A stretch of DNA of 64,000 bases from Lophium mytilinum (taxonomy: Eukaryota): assembly GCA_010093605.1 (NCBI GenBank), contig MU004184.1:1126801-1190800 (forward strand), written 5' to 3'. The notes beneath the pieces were generated by a model. The model did no database searches. It was not told the origin of the DNA and saw only the letters and a program-made list of their open reading frames with translations. A program made the translations under genes and the position numbers. Below, piece by piece: positions 26,043-38,734 of this stretch; within the stretch, counting starts at the first letter, position 1; every line of letters starts with the position of its first letter.

Positions 26043-27007
26043 GCTGGTGTATATGAGGTGAGGAGAAACAAGAAGGAAAGGATCTCGGATATGCGCTACA
26101 CCATACCGGTGGTGGTGTTCACCAGAAAATTGAAGGTGTACTTGGTGAGTTTGTCGAACTGCGAAGATGTGGTCGTTCGGAAACAAACACACACCCCGCT
26201 AAGGCCCTGCATGACGCAGCGGACGGACCTCTTAGTCGACGACTTCCGTGATTCGTTCTTTCACAGCGAATTTGGGTATCAAGTAAATTGCAGCACTGAA
26301 ATACCATTTTTTGTTCACGCGTTTTCTCAAACGAGACTCGGTGTCTCATGGACCTGAGAGGTTGGTGCTGGCATGTTAAGTAATCCACCAGCAAACCTGC
26401 CTGACATTCCCTAAAATCATGGTCCGATTTGGCGTGCCATTATTTTACATGTGATAAACTGAGAGAACTGAACCCTGCTTATGTTTCTCAACCCTTTGTA
26501 GTGTCCCGGACTTTGTATGGTAAAAGAGCGTAATGATCGCACGACATCCACTGATTCCGGACCCAATTCGCATTTCCGGCAACACCCTGCCACCACCGGA
26601 CACAAAACCCTTCGGTCTGCAAGTTTGGCGTAGATATGCGCGCATCCTTTCTTCGGACATGTCTCGGCATGAGTCCATCTGCGATCCAATCCCCAATACA
26701 GACCCACAGGCACCACCAGTTGATTTGGCATACCGAGCACATCGACCGTCAGCCATACCATCGTTCGACAATGTACTATCTTCTGAACACGGATTGAGGG
26801 TCCTCGAATAGTGGCAGAGAACGTACACAGATCAAGGACGAGGCATTGGAAGACAGCACGCATTTCGAGCCAGAAACCGGAGGCATTGCAAGGAGTTGGC
26901 TTATGAGGCTTTTGGACATTGAATACTCCCCGGGTCAATTGACTATCCGGTGTGTCTACCGTATTGATACATTTGTACATTCGTGCAGCGTTCAGTCGCT
27001 AATGGTA

Positions 27008-27467
27008 TCATATCGTCGACTTGACTAGCTCTGTAACTTTACTCTCAATCGCCTTGTCGTCCAATCCTAGAGAACGTGTCAGTATATTTAGTCCATCACC
27101 CAGATGCGATCTGCCATACCCTTCAGTGTAATCATCTTCTCTTTCCCGAACTCTGTATGCGTAGTTAGCCCCACCCCAATATCAGGCCTAATGCGACCAA
27201 TCGCTGCCGAGTCCACGCACCATATCTCGCATACACCTTCGGCTCAACTCCCAGGGCTTCTCGGATCATGATGGGTGTGTGCGGGTTGTGCTTCTTCATT
27301 GTCGGATAAGTGCGCGTGAGGAATGTCCTGTAGTTGCTTCCATCAGTATGCCTCAACTTGCCTCCCAATCGGACCACATACCTTGCGGCAGCGCTATGCT
27401 CCGACGTCTGACATAGCAGGAACCGCAGCTCCTTCAAAGAATTGGCGAAGCCATACTTGGTAGCCAT
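27008..27467 (-). CDS. NDUFA2: NADH:ubiquinone oxidoreductase B8 / 10.5 kDa subunit
   Basis: LKELRFLLCQTSEHSAAARTFL...KKHNPHTPIMIREA...ARYEFGKE; three introns. Confidence 0.9.
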
Positions 27468-27699
27468 TGTGACGTGTGGTTGGATTGAGTAGAGAAGAGC
27501 TGCAGGTGTCGTTGCTCAAGCTGGAGACCCGAGTCTTGGCACGGCGAAAGCGAGCTCTCCCTCCGAAGCCGCAACCTCTCAACGCCCGGGTAATCACAGT
27601 CAAAGGACGACCCCAGGATCCTCAACCACAGTCACCGCCCTCACTCCTCTCCTCTCCTTCGGTTTTTTCTGCTCGCAATCGCCTGCTACCGCCGCCAAA

Positions 27700-28516
27700 A
27701 TGTCCGCCCGCCCTTCCTACCGCCTCTTCCAGGCGTCCCGGACCTTCTTCCGCCAGCCGCTGCTACGGCGTCGCATCAATACAGCTGCTCAACCAGAGGC
27801 TCCTGCTCAGACCGGCTTTGCGAAAGTATGGAATAGCCCGGTTGGCCCAAAGACGGTTCACTTCTGGTAAGAGCCAGCACTTCCTCTACTCCCAATGACT
27901 ATGACTTTGTGCAAACACCACGAGTTCGCATAGAGTCATCCTTCGGGCATTGAGACTTCAGATATGCTAACATGTCTTCCCAGGGCTCCTATCATGAAGG
28001 TATCCACTCCCCTCCCAACCAATCCAACCTCCAGCGCTCCCGAATACCCTACGTTTCGCGCACGCGACATAAACCAAATCCCCTCATGACTTCCGAACTC
28101 GCAGAGGCTTACATTACCATCCAGTGGGCTCTCGTCCTAGCAGGCGTCTCCGACTTCTACCGCCCCGTAGAAGCCCTCTCGCTCAACACAAACGCCGCCC
28201 TCATGGCCACCGGCGCCATCTGGACCCGATGGTGCTTCGTCATCCGGCCCCAGAACATCTTGTACACAACCTTCCCCCACCTTACCTTACCTTACTCAAG
28301 CGCCCGTACTAACAAGAGAACAGCCTGGCTGCCGTCAACTTCTTCCTCTTCCTCGTGGGCACCACCCAAGTGACTCGCATCATGCTCTGGAAACGCTCGC
28401 AGGAGGGCCAGCCGATCACCGAGGAGGCTAAGGCTCTGGCGGTTGAGGCGAAGGATGGGGTCACGGCGAAGACGCAGGAGGCCGTTGACGCGGCGAAGAA
28501 GTATGCGGGTAAATAA
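27700..28516 (+). CDS. MPC2: Mitochondrial pyruvate carrier subunit
   Basis: WNSPVGPKTVHFWAPIMKWALV...TGAIWTRWCFVIRPQN...AVNFF; includes a 16-nt exon at 27984-27999. Confidence 0.92.
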
Positions 28517-28977
28517 GTGCGTGAAGTGGAGGGGTGAGAGCGGAATGAGATAGAAGTGCCCGTGCTCGGTCAGATTCTAGGCTCGAAAATCATGATTTAT
28601 TGGGCGTATCTGTAACTTTAAGTTCGATTAAACAAGCAGGCGGTTGGTTCTGCAGTGACTTCAAGCCATGAGTAATATATTCAGCGTTTACCTCGTTATA
28701 TCGCAGTGCCTGTGATCGAATTGTTTACGAGTGGTGAAGGATTATTTAGTTTCGTCTTAGCCATATAGTTGACAACAACGCTCAAATGTATGCAGACGTA
28801 TTGCCCTACCTGGGATACTCTAAAACGGAATACCCGTGTCACATCTCTCCGGTGGCATTGGCACGCTTTCGCTCACATCAAGGACCCAATAGTCTTCAAA
28901 AATGTACTCTCATATGCATTGCTAACAAAGAAGAAATAAAAAGGGGGTATCTCAAACAATCTGAACAACCACCACCC

Positions 28978-31900
28978 TCAAACCCTCACCACGACCCTCA
29001 CCCCCAACCCCCTCGCCTCCCTCACACAGCACCCAATACACGACCTCCCGACTCTCCCAACGACCGCATGCAGCCCCCTCTCCGCACACCAGGCCCTTGC
29101 CAGCAACTCCAAACCCCACTCACCCCTAGCATCCAACACAAGCACCTCCCCAACCTCGACTACCCCATCCTCTCCTTCGTCCCAGACCGGCACCTCCAAC
29201 CCCTCCTCTAGCACATCTGCCACACTCACGACCCGGTATTTGTACGACGCGTGTAGCGGATGCGCAGGGAGCGCTTTTCCCTTCAGCGCGAGCCATTCCG
29301 ACTCCGCCTTCGCCTGCTTCTGTGCAGCCATGATCGCTTCTGCATCAACGACGCTAGGGCGAGGGGCGGCGGATTCAGTGTCTGGGGGATGAGAGGCGAG
29401 GGGGTTGAAGCCGTGGGAGCTGCGGCGGGCGAGAGTGATGCGCTTTGAGGCGGTGCGCGATAGGAGACGGGCGTTTGGGTTTGCGGGAGGGATGCAAGGG
29501 AAGGAGGAAATGAATGAGATGTCGTAGGCGAGGGTGAGGGTGTGCGATTTGGAGAGGTTGGAGAATGTGAGGGTGGCGGTTGAAGGGGGATCTGGCGGGT
29601 TCGTGTCGGTGGATAAGAGGGAGTTGGCGTCGACGTCAGCATCCGGGCTGGAGGGGCTAGGGGTGAGAGACCATTCGACGAAGTGGATGGAAGGGAGAGG
29701 TGGAGTGGAGAGGTCAAGTGGTAGGACGAGGTCTTCGGGTTTGACGGCGGAGAGATCCATTCCAGGGATTACGGCCGAGGCGTCAGCGATCCTGTCGCCG
29801 TTTTTTATAAGAGGTTCCTTGTCTGGAGGGGGTTGTTTGCTCGAAGTAGTAACCCAGCCGTCGACGTGTGTTGACGGGAGACATGGAATTGATATCCAGC
29901 CCATGCATTCAACGGCACCGTCAATGCATGATAGGACACGGCCAATGATGCAAGTCTTGCTCCACCAGCACTTGTCTGAATATACAAAACCGCCGTAGAG
30001 ACTTGCTGTGTCCCCAAGCGCGGAAATAGCCAGTTTGTCGTTCTCGAGAAGAGTTGATATCAGGAAGTGCGAGATGGCCTCGCCAGGCAGAACAAGGCCA
30101 GTCAGATAGGACCTGCTCAACCAACCGCCGATGTCAAGAGCGCTCGAAGGGCCATTGCCTATGCTCGAAAGCAGGGCGGCTGAGGGACTTAATCGCACAG
30201 ATCGTTGGGTATTGTCTCGGCTCAAAGCGGGACGTTTGGAAGGTGTACCAAAGTAACTGTTCCTAGCGCTGATAGCAGAACGAGGAGAAGCCAGAGGAGT
30301 GCCATATATGCTAGGAGATGTTGGCGTGGCAGGGTCCAAGTATTTTCCTAGGCCTGGAGGTTTGTCATCGCCATCCTGCGATGAGCCTGGAATAGCTAGC
30401 TTCTGTGCTAAGTCCTCCGTTATGAGATCAATATTAGGCCACTGAAGAGACTCCGCAAAGTGAAGCAGGCCTGAAAGCTGTAGAGATTGATGACGGGGAA
30501 GTAGTAGCAGATCTGGTTCAGAGGCTGTCTGTTGCTCTTCGGACTTTGCTAGAACCGCAGAAAAGAAGCCTCTCAAGCTCGATGATTCGTCTCTCGGTAT
30601 TTCTGGTGTTACTATCACGGCTTGGATATTGTCCAGGAAGCGACGAGCGAGTACCAGATCCCAGTCCGTCTTCCGGGATATGAGGCTTGTGAAACTCTCC
30701 AGTTCCTCCGCTGTCACTTGTGTTGCGCTATCGTCTCCCGAGTTTCCAGATATGGCGTCTAGTCGGATCAGTAGCTCACAAGCTAGGGAAATCTGAAGGA
30801 GAAGGATATCTCGCTCTGACCATGTCTGGTCTGGGTTGCTGATGGCCGGAGACTCGTCGTCAGCTGCTGCATCAGCAGCCGTCCACAGGGTTTGGCCTAG
30901 TCTTATGCGCCACTCCACAAGACTGAAGTCAAACCAAATCCCTCCCAACCTCAGTATCTTCAACAGAGTCTCAATCTGCACTTTGAGCCCTGTGGGGTCA
31001 AGAGTGTCGGCATCGAAGCGCGGAGGCGTGAGAAACTTTCCAAAGAGGTTGGCGTACAATTCTCCCGGAGTATGCTTGTCCAGTATCGTTATGGTAGAGC
31101 TATCTTTCCGCAAAGAAAGCCATAGCTCACCAAATTCGACCAATCGCTCATAGACCATGACCGAATCGACGCTCCGAATCCCAAGCTTTTCAGGGTTGTT
31201 GTTCATCAGCTCCTTGTTCCGTACTTCTTCCGACAGCCCACTCTGGTCGACCACCTCTTCTTTGCCTAAGTCCAGATTATCCGAGATGGGCAACTGGAGG
31301 AAGTGATCGAATCCAACAGTCCCTGGTTCTATTCCGTTGGCGCTGAGCATGCTTGGGACTTCCACGACATCAATGTCATACCCAACATAAGGACTGTTGG
31401 TTTCGTCGAGGGGGATATCCACAAAGGGTGGCACATGGGGCCTCAAGGTAGCGGCAGAGAAAGCTGGATGGCTAAGTGGAAGCGAATCGGAAAGGTTCCG
31501 GGCTTGTGATCCAGAATCCCAGGGACATGATGCAGTTGCCTCGAATTTATATGCTCGGGCCTTGATCGTGTACTGGGGAGCTCCAGAAAAGAGGGTCCGC
31601 AAGTCGGCCTCGCTAACAGTCTCAACATCGTCGTCTTTATGCTCCGGAGGAGGGGTCGGAAGTTGTTCCGGTAGGAGTTGGCTATCTATTTCACTTGTCG
31701 ATACCCCCTTCTTGGGCGCATCCAAAGTTTTCTGCTCGGAGGGTTCGGCGTGCTTCGACTGTTCGGTGTCTTGGCGTGAGATTGAGGGCGGTGGTGGGGT
31801 AGTAATTCGCTGTTTGGAAGGCTTATCAGTTCACTTATCCCGTAAAATGAAAAGGGCCCGGTAGAACATGTATGAAGTAATTACCTCATCCTGCTCCCCT

Positions 31901-32019
31901 GTGTTCCGCCGCCTGGACTTGAAGAAGTCTAGCCATCTGTTCTTCTTCTTCTTCTGCACTTCTGGCTTGTCACCAAGCGCCTCTTGCACAGGCTTCTGGC
32001 GTTTCCGCAGTAGAGCCAT
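28978..32019 (-). CDS. Conserved fungal protein of unknown function (~990 aa)
   Basis: 915-aa ORF plus a short first exon from 32019; C-terminal LARAWCA...SCIGCCVREA Cys motif. Confidence 0.75.
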
Positions 32020-33551
32020 GCTGAGCGAGGAGTTGCGGTACAGACTCGAGGAGCAGTGTCATGCTAGCGATTTGGCCACGAGCGATAACTGTAATTGAAA
32101 CGAAAGCGGGCCAAGGCCTGGGGGTGTTTCGGAACAGCTGCAAGCAAGGCAGCGCAGCACTGCTGGATCCCTGAGGCGGATCTCAAGATAGTGATGGCGT
32201 CCCTGTCGTGCATCCCGCGCCAGCCTGGTCGAGAGCACGCAGCACTCGTCGGTGGCTCCGTTGAGAGCCAGCACGAGCCTGTCATACCGCCATCGAGGCC
32301 TGCAACGCCACAGCTGTGACGACAGCTTGTGCCGTGGCGACGTGGAGAGCGGACAAGGAGCGGGCAGACGAGCCAAACACATTAAGGGAAGCATGAGGCC
32401 TGATACAAAGGGTATAGTGGGCCCGCGTCTCTCACCCGCCTCAAATCTTGGAACCTCCACTCATACGACCATATACCTTGTCAACGCCTCCCGTCCACGT
32501 AGTGTTATTGAGGGGAGTAATCGAGCGAGCACTGCGAGATACCAATCATTTACGTCCACTTGGGGCATATTTGATGGCATACTTCACCCAACAAAGCTCA
32601 TATTCATCTCAACCATCTGCAAGTCCATGAAGCATCCCCAGTAGCCATCAATAGCAGCATAGGCCAATGGCCTGGCACTACATTGCTCCCCCGGATCCCG
32701 ATTCGCCCTACTGCATATTCTTCAGGGCGGAATCCACTTTACCAGGCACTGTTCCTGCTTACATAGTACACGTAGAACTAGAAGCTCGTCACCGAACGCT
32801 GTGCTTACGCCAACACACGTGTAACACCATTCACGGACGCCATCGGACAATAAGCGAGCACCCCTTACCTACCTCCGTCGTTGAATTACCCACAAGTCCC
32901 CTCTAAGAGAGATTTCCTCGCTGGAAGGACCTCGATCGATGGTCTTTCGCCGGCGTCTTTTCCTACGTTTTTGACACACTTAGAGCTTTTCTGTCCGGAC
33001 TAAACTGCGGTAGATATCGCCAGCTCACTTGTCACCTACAGAGACGAGTCGGAGGCACAGATGGACCTGTGTAGGGAACTCGAATGTGCTGAGACACATC
33101 ACGTGATTATCCTTGAGGTTGCAAGACGTATCCATTGATAGGGACGCTACATCATAACGGGGCATGTATTCAATGATTAAAACCTGTATATCGATCACAA
33201 TAACGGATATTTGTGCTACATAGCGAAATCTAATCAAATCAATTGAAAACCATCATGAACGTTATCGAGTCGACCTTTGTTAGAACACCACGAATAGATC
33301 CACCAATCAATCCAACCGACATGAACCATACTCAAGCATGCACGCATGCTAGTTCAAAGTTTGCTGCGATCATTCTGCACCGTTGAGTTTTCTTTTCCCT
33401 GTTCGGATCATCGTTCCCCCGCAAGACATGTGAGAGAAGCCGGTGGTTGGATAACGGGAGAGAAGCTTAAATATAATTTTTGGCGGGGAGAGTGACCCTT
33501 CGACTCATCCCAAACCACGCTTCAACGTCCAATCCTCCCCAAACGCTCACC

Positions 33552-35099
33552 ATGGCCTCGAAACAAGCACCGGCAGAGAACATGCTATGGGGCGGCCGCT
33601 TCACCCGTATGTTTCAACTCCAATTAACGTTGAAAGAGTCATTTCGACATCCTGTCTCAAGCTTCACCCCGCGCAGTACTGACGCTTCGCAGAGGGCCTT
33701 GACCCATTGATGGTCAAATACAACACTTCCCTACCCTACGATAAGATATTCTGGTCGCAAGACATTCGGGGCAGCATTGCTTTTGCGCGCGCCAATCTCG
33801 CTGCTGGCATTCTCACCTCCGGCGAGTTCGCCGCAATCGAAAAGGGGTTTGGGCAGATCGCCGAAGAATGGAGGTCGGGGAAGTTCGAGGAGAAAGAGAA
33901 TGACGAGGACATCCATACTGCAAACGAGCGGAGGCTGAGCGAGCTGCTGGGCAAAGACGTCGGCGGCAAGCTTCACACGGGCAGGAGCCGGAACGAGCAG
34001 ATCGCTACCGATATGAGGCTATGGTTGAGGGATGAGTTGAGGACTCTGGAAGGCTACCTAATGGACCTTATCAAGGTCGCGGTCAGCAGGTCAGAAAAGG
34101 AGATCGATGTCCTGGTAAGAGCCAGCAGCTCCAACATAATCATGAAGAAACCTAGTAGAATCAATCCTAACAACTCCCCAGATGCCCGGCTACACCCACC
34201 TCCAAAAAGCCCAGCCAGTCCGCTGGTCCCACTGGCTCCTCTCCCACGCAACCGCCTTCACCTCCGACCTCGAGCGCCTGCGCGAAGTCATCTCCCGCGT
34301 CAACCGCTCGCCCCTAGGCTGCGGCGCGCTAGCCGGCAACCCCTTCAAGATCGACCGCGAAGCCATGGCCAAAGAGCTCGGCTTCGAAGGCCTCCTCTAC
34401 AACTCCATGAACGCCGTCGCCGACCGCGAATTCGTGCTCGAAACCATGCAGTGGGGCTCCAGCTTCATGCTCAAGATTTCCCGCTGGGCGGAAGACCTAA
34501 TCATCTACTCCTCCCTAGAGTTCGGCTTCGTGCGCCTCGCGGACACGTATTCTACTGGTTCGTCGCTCATGCCGCAAAAGAAGAACGCAGACTCGCTCGA
34601 GCTGCTTCGCGGCAAATCTGGACGCGCGTTTGGGCAGATGGCGGGTCTGTACTGCACTATCAAGGGCCTGCCGACGACCTACAACAAGGACTTGCAGGAG
34701 TCGGTTGAGCCGATGCTCGATCATATCAAGACGGTTGGCGATAGTATGCAGATCGCGACAGGCGTGCTGTCGACGCTGTCGATCCACCCGGATAAGATGC
34801 TCGCGGCGCTTGCGCCTGAGATGCTGGCGACTGAGTTCGCGGATTACCTTGTTCGCAAGGGCGTTCCGTTCCGCGAGGGGCATCACATCTCCGGCCGTGT
34901 GGTGCAGCTCGCGGAAGAGAACAGCGTGCCCATGGATAAGCTGACGGTTGAGCAGCTGCAGGGTATAGATGCGAGATTCGATGAGGATGTCGTATCGTGT
35001 CTGGATTACGAGCGCGCGGTTGAGCTGAAGGACGCGACTGGTGGCACGAGCAAGAGCGCTGTTAGGGAGCAGATTGAGGTCCTCAAGGGGATATTGTAG
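33552..35099 (+). CDS. ARG4: Argininosuccinate lyase
   Basis: [45 protein letters not shown] signature; two introns. Confidence 0.97.
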
Positions 35100-35179
35100 G
35101 TTTTTTCTCATATATGATTCATGAGGACAGGGTGGAGTATGGTCGTGTTGTGATTTGGTAAAAGTGTTTAGATAGGTTA

Positions 35180-35559
35180 CAGTGACAGGCCACAAGTTTG
35201 GGCACACTGAGTCGCCACTGCCAGGAGCCCCCCCCAAAGATTTAGAAGATCTATCGGCGATGTCGGTCTTTAAATAGTGCAGATTAGACTGCCTCTTAAC
35301 TAAATAGCTACTTTGCAGTTAGGCTACCCCCTACAGTGGTATTAAGTAAGCAATATTAGAGCCTAGCAGTAATAGATCCACGTTTTCTAGGATTTCAAAG
35401 AACTAAAGGCAATGTTGAGTTTTAAGTAGTGCAGGTTAGACAGCCTCTTAACTATGTAGCTCCTTAGCAGCCAGGCTACCCCCTACAGTGGTGTCGAGTG
35501 AGCAATACTAAAGCCAATCAGTGACAGTTAGGTGTGCCCAGACTTGTGGCCTAGTACTG
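35180..35559. mobile_element. MITE, Tc1/impala-like (TA TSD), 380 bp, with internal direct repeat
   Basis: 28-bp TIRs CAGTGACAGGCCACAAGTTTGGGCACAC and revcomp CAGTACTAGGCCACAAGTCTGGGCACAC (24/28 identical), TA on both flanks. ~95-bp internal direct repeat at ~35269-35363 and ~35421-35515. Confidence 0.88.
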
Positions 35560-35716
35560 TACGTATTTAATGGTTGAACGCACTTCATACCCACTTTGTT
35601 CGATTCAGAGTCACCGAGTGAGCCTGGGGACTTCAGACAGCGGTAAACAAGAGTCACGAAGCAATGCATCAATCACAGAAAGCGAAGATGAGGCGGATGT
35701 GTTGTATTGATTGAGG

Positions 35717-36178
35717 TTATCGACTAGTGCTATGAGGATATGTATCAGGAGGGGGTATTCGTGAATAAACGAAAGACGACCGAAGCAAAGAAAACCGCTG
35801 TCCACCACTGCTCGACAAGAATGTGCTTAGGGAGATGAAGAAGTGAGTGAAAGTCGACGCCGATCCTGGAGCTGATGCTCTCCAAGCCCTTGCTGGTGCT
35901 GATGCAGTCGGAGGTGTAGCGCCCTGAGACATTGGCCTCATAACCATCGGCTCCCAGTTGCTCCGGTACTGTTCAGTCACCACCTCACTTTTCGACCCGG
36001 GCTCTCGGAGTTCGATTTCCTTCTCTTCTTGTATGATCATGCAGCAAGTACAGATCAAGGACTTGAGACAGTCGTAGAACACGTTCCCCTTAAGATTGTA
36101 TCGATGCCGGATTTCCGTTTCTTGCACGCATGGAAGGATCCATGGGCATCGCAACAGGGTACAGCATTGCGCGATGCA
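35717..36178 (-). pseudogene. PLAC8 (Cys-rich, DUF614) gene, 3' half
   Basis: After acceptor GCTAAC...CAG: CIAQCC...ETEIRHRYNLKGNVFYDCLKSLICTCCMIIQEEKE, the PLAC8 C-terminal motif. Confidence 0.85.
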
Positions 36179-36210
36179 CTGATCGAAGTTAGCTCCATAA
36201 TCGCGATAGG

Positions 36211-36461
36211 AGATGGTGTTTTGGCGGGGATATACGGAAAGGGATCGGTGAGTTTCTTGAAGAGTGATGGTAAGAAGGAGATATATACACCTGTCTGCCA
36301 CTTCTTGGAGTGCTTTAACAAGTTTCCAGATAGCCCAAAACTAATGGCAATCATCTCATTTGTATCTCTTAAAATGTATCGAAGCACCACAAACAGCGGC
36401 AGACAGTTGTATAAGAGGCAGAATGCGGGTTGAGTGTGCCACCTTTTTCATACCACGTGTG
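36211..36461 (+). mobile_element. Transib-like MITE, body and right TIR (split by inversion)
   Basis: Internal sequence similar to the 53280-53469 copy (CACCTGTCTG.CACT.CTTG.AGTGCTT.AACAAGTTTC). Right TIR ends ...CACGTGTG and is followed by GCAGG. Confidence 0.8.
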
Positions 36462-36640
36462 GCAGGCACCTTCTCAACGACGAGATCATGGCTTCTAGTT
36501 TCCACACACATCACATGAAAGAGCGATGTCACCCCTGTCACTTTGTTTATTTAGTCTCCACCGCCTGCGTCTTCTCGACCTTCTCTCTCACATTCCACTC
36601 CGCAGCATTGTCAACCAGCAACACTAAGCTTCCATCCATT

Positions 36641-36698
36641 ACTCTCATCCACTACTCCGCTCTCATCCACTACTCCACTCTCATCCACTACTCCGCTC
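36641..36698. repeat. 18-bp tandem repeat x3 in the PLAC8 5' region
   Basis: (RCTCTCATCCACTACTCC)3. Confidence 0.9.
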
Positions 36699-36809
36699 TC
36701 GTCTCCCTCGCCGTTTCACTGTCGTCGTGTTCTTGTCTCGTTCTCGGCGTTGCTCGACCACTCTCTGGACTTCACATCCCACCGCTTGCATCGTTTCTTT
36801 GCATCCATC

Positions 36810-37127
36810 ATGTCGACCCCCGCCTATCCTCAGACCGCCGGCAGTCCCTCGCAAGACATCGACGTTGAGAATCAGCGTAGAGACAACGTCAACGAATCTG
36901 GATCAGCACCGGCAGCTCCAGCTGGCGAGAAGCAGGACCGCCTGGTCTCGCTCTCTGACTGCTTTGATCCGCCGGGATTATGTAAGTTTGATCACTCGTT
37001 GACCTTATCATGCTCAAGCGGAACTACTGCTGACAAGTGTCTCTGCCCATGTTATATCTTTGGGAAGACGTACCATCGACTGAAGAACAACGGCGACATG
37101 AGCACATTTAGACCGGCCAATGGCCCG
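36810..37127 (+). pseudogene. PLAC8 gene, 5' half
   Basis: MSTPAYP...SLSDCFDPPGLC...CLCPCYIFGKTYHRL...ANGP followed by donor GTACAT at 37128. Confidence 0.85.
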
Positions 37128-37156
37128 GTACATGATCGCTCTACACAGATCTTGAT

Positions 37157-37186
37157 GAGTGTGCCCACTTTTTAATGCCCAGCGTG
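37157..37186 (-). mobile_element. Transib-like MITE, displaced left TIR
   Basis: Revcomp CACGCTGGGCATTAAAAAGTGGGCACACTC. Outer flank CCTGC is the revcomp of GCAGG, matching the TSD at 36462-36466. Confidence 0.85.
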
Positions 37187-37467
37187 CCTGCTAGGTGGGA
37201 AGAAGTCACGCTTGCCATTTCTGTGCAAGCTTCAAGCTCAGCGCCTCATCATAATATGAAAACTCTGGGTGCCGGCTCGGTGGTCATTTCTATCAGCCTA
37301 GCATTCAGGGACCGGCCTAGGTCGGGTGGTGCTGAAATTTGTGCAGACCACATTGGAAGTAGTTAATATCGAATCCGACCTTTATAGGCGGTAGAGTCTA
37401 AACACTGGAAGGGACTCGGAGGGAGGTCCATTCAGTTCTAGGAAGGAGAAGTACCATGACGTGAAGG

Positions 37468-37698
37468 CACGCGGGGCATAAGAAAGGTGGCACTCTTATT
37501 CCAATCAACCCTCGATAGATGTGTACGCGTGTATGCCACTGTTCGGGTTGCCCTAATGCATTTCAGAAACCAAAACGAGAGAGAAGCTCTTCACTCTAGG
37601 CCATCTGAAAACTCGTTAGGGCAACCCAAGCAGTGGCATACACGCGTACACGAGATAGAGTGCTTGAAGGGTGTGCCACTTGTTTCATGCCCAGCGTG
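37468..37698. mobile_element. Transib-like MITE (foldback), 231 bp, TSD GAAGG
   Basis: TIRs CACGCGGGGCATAAGAAAGGTGGCAC and revcomp CACGCTGGGCATGAAACAAGTGGCACAC. GAAGG on both flanks; inner ~35-bp inverted repeat. Confidence 0.88.
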
Positions 37699-38734
37699 GA
37701 AGGGACGCTGGGCCACTGCGAAACGCGCTGTCTACCAATCAATCCAAAGAGGAGGAGCGTGGCCAAGATGTTATGAGGAGCAATGCTCATGACCTGGACG
37801 ATCTTAGTAAGGAGAAGGCGGAAAGGAGAGAGAAAGAGGGACGCTGGGAGCGTCACAGTTGGGCTTGGCTCTAATTCTCACCACCCACTGACGTTCCATG
37901 GAATCAAGAAGCATAACAAGAAGGATTAGAATGAGCAATCAATCCGGATACCAGAACAAGCGAAAAGGAAACTCGTAGATAAAAGTTCATTTATTGATTA
38001 TATCCTCCTATTGGCATAACCTACATTCACGACATCCTCCGAATTCAATTCTGGTAATTCAATATCATCGTTTCAGAAAGGGTAAACCAACCCAACCCAA
38101 ATCCCCCATCATGCTTCCCGGCGAAAAAGATCCAGGAGCTCAAAGACAAACCTTAAATCCATTCCAGTAACAGCCTAGGGGGGAATCTTAATAAAAAGGA
38201 CAAATAAGACTGAGCGCTCACACGCAGCATGCTCCCCAAAAATGACACGCAAAATGAACCAATGTGACCGGAATAAAGACGAAAGCCTCCGAAGGCGAAG
38301 GACATCGCTGAAGCGAATGTAGTGGTAACGTGACTGCAGGCCAAAATGCAATCACTAATCATGTTGCAGAATGAAGCTCATCATCAAAATGCTAGGAAAA
38401 ATATCGAGATCGGTGGGGGCGTATTACTTTGTACAAGGTCTCCGAGAATGGAGTGATGATAGATGAAACCACGCAAGCACGGTTGAGATCGCCCGTGGAG
38501 CCAGTCCCGAGCTAAGAGGGTATTATCGAATAGAAATTTGTTGGAGTGTAGCTCGGAGCTGAACGTAGCGTGTGTCGAAGATCTCGATTGGGCATCTTCG
38601 CTGCCATCACTTAGAAGACATGATGATATAACTTCTTCTCTGAAAAGGCCGTGATAGAGACGTATGGGGACGAGTCAGACGTTTTAGCTGAGAATGACAT
38701 ATCCGTGGAGCTGGTGCTGGTGCTAAGATCCTAT

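Noticed and set aside
26400..27000. ORFs between the SPP and NDUFA2 genes
   Set aside because: No motifs and no TIR/TSD structure found; probably UTR or promoter sequence.
33636..33641. Gcn4/CpcA-like TGACTC site in ARG4 intron 1
   Set aside because: A single hexamer is expected by chance and it is not in the promoter.
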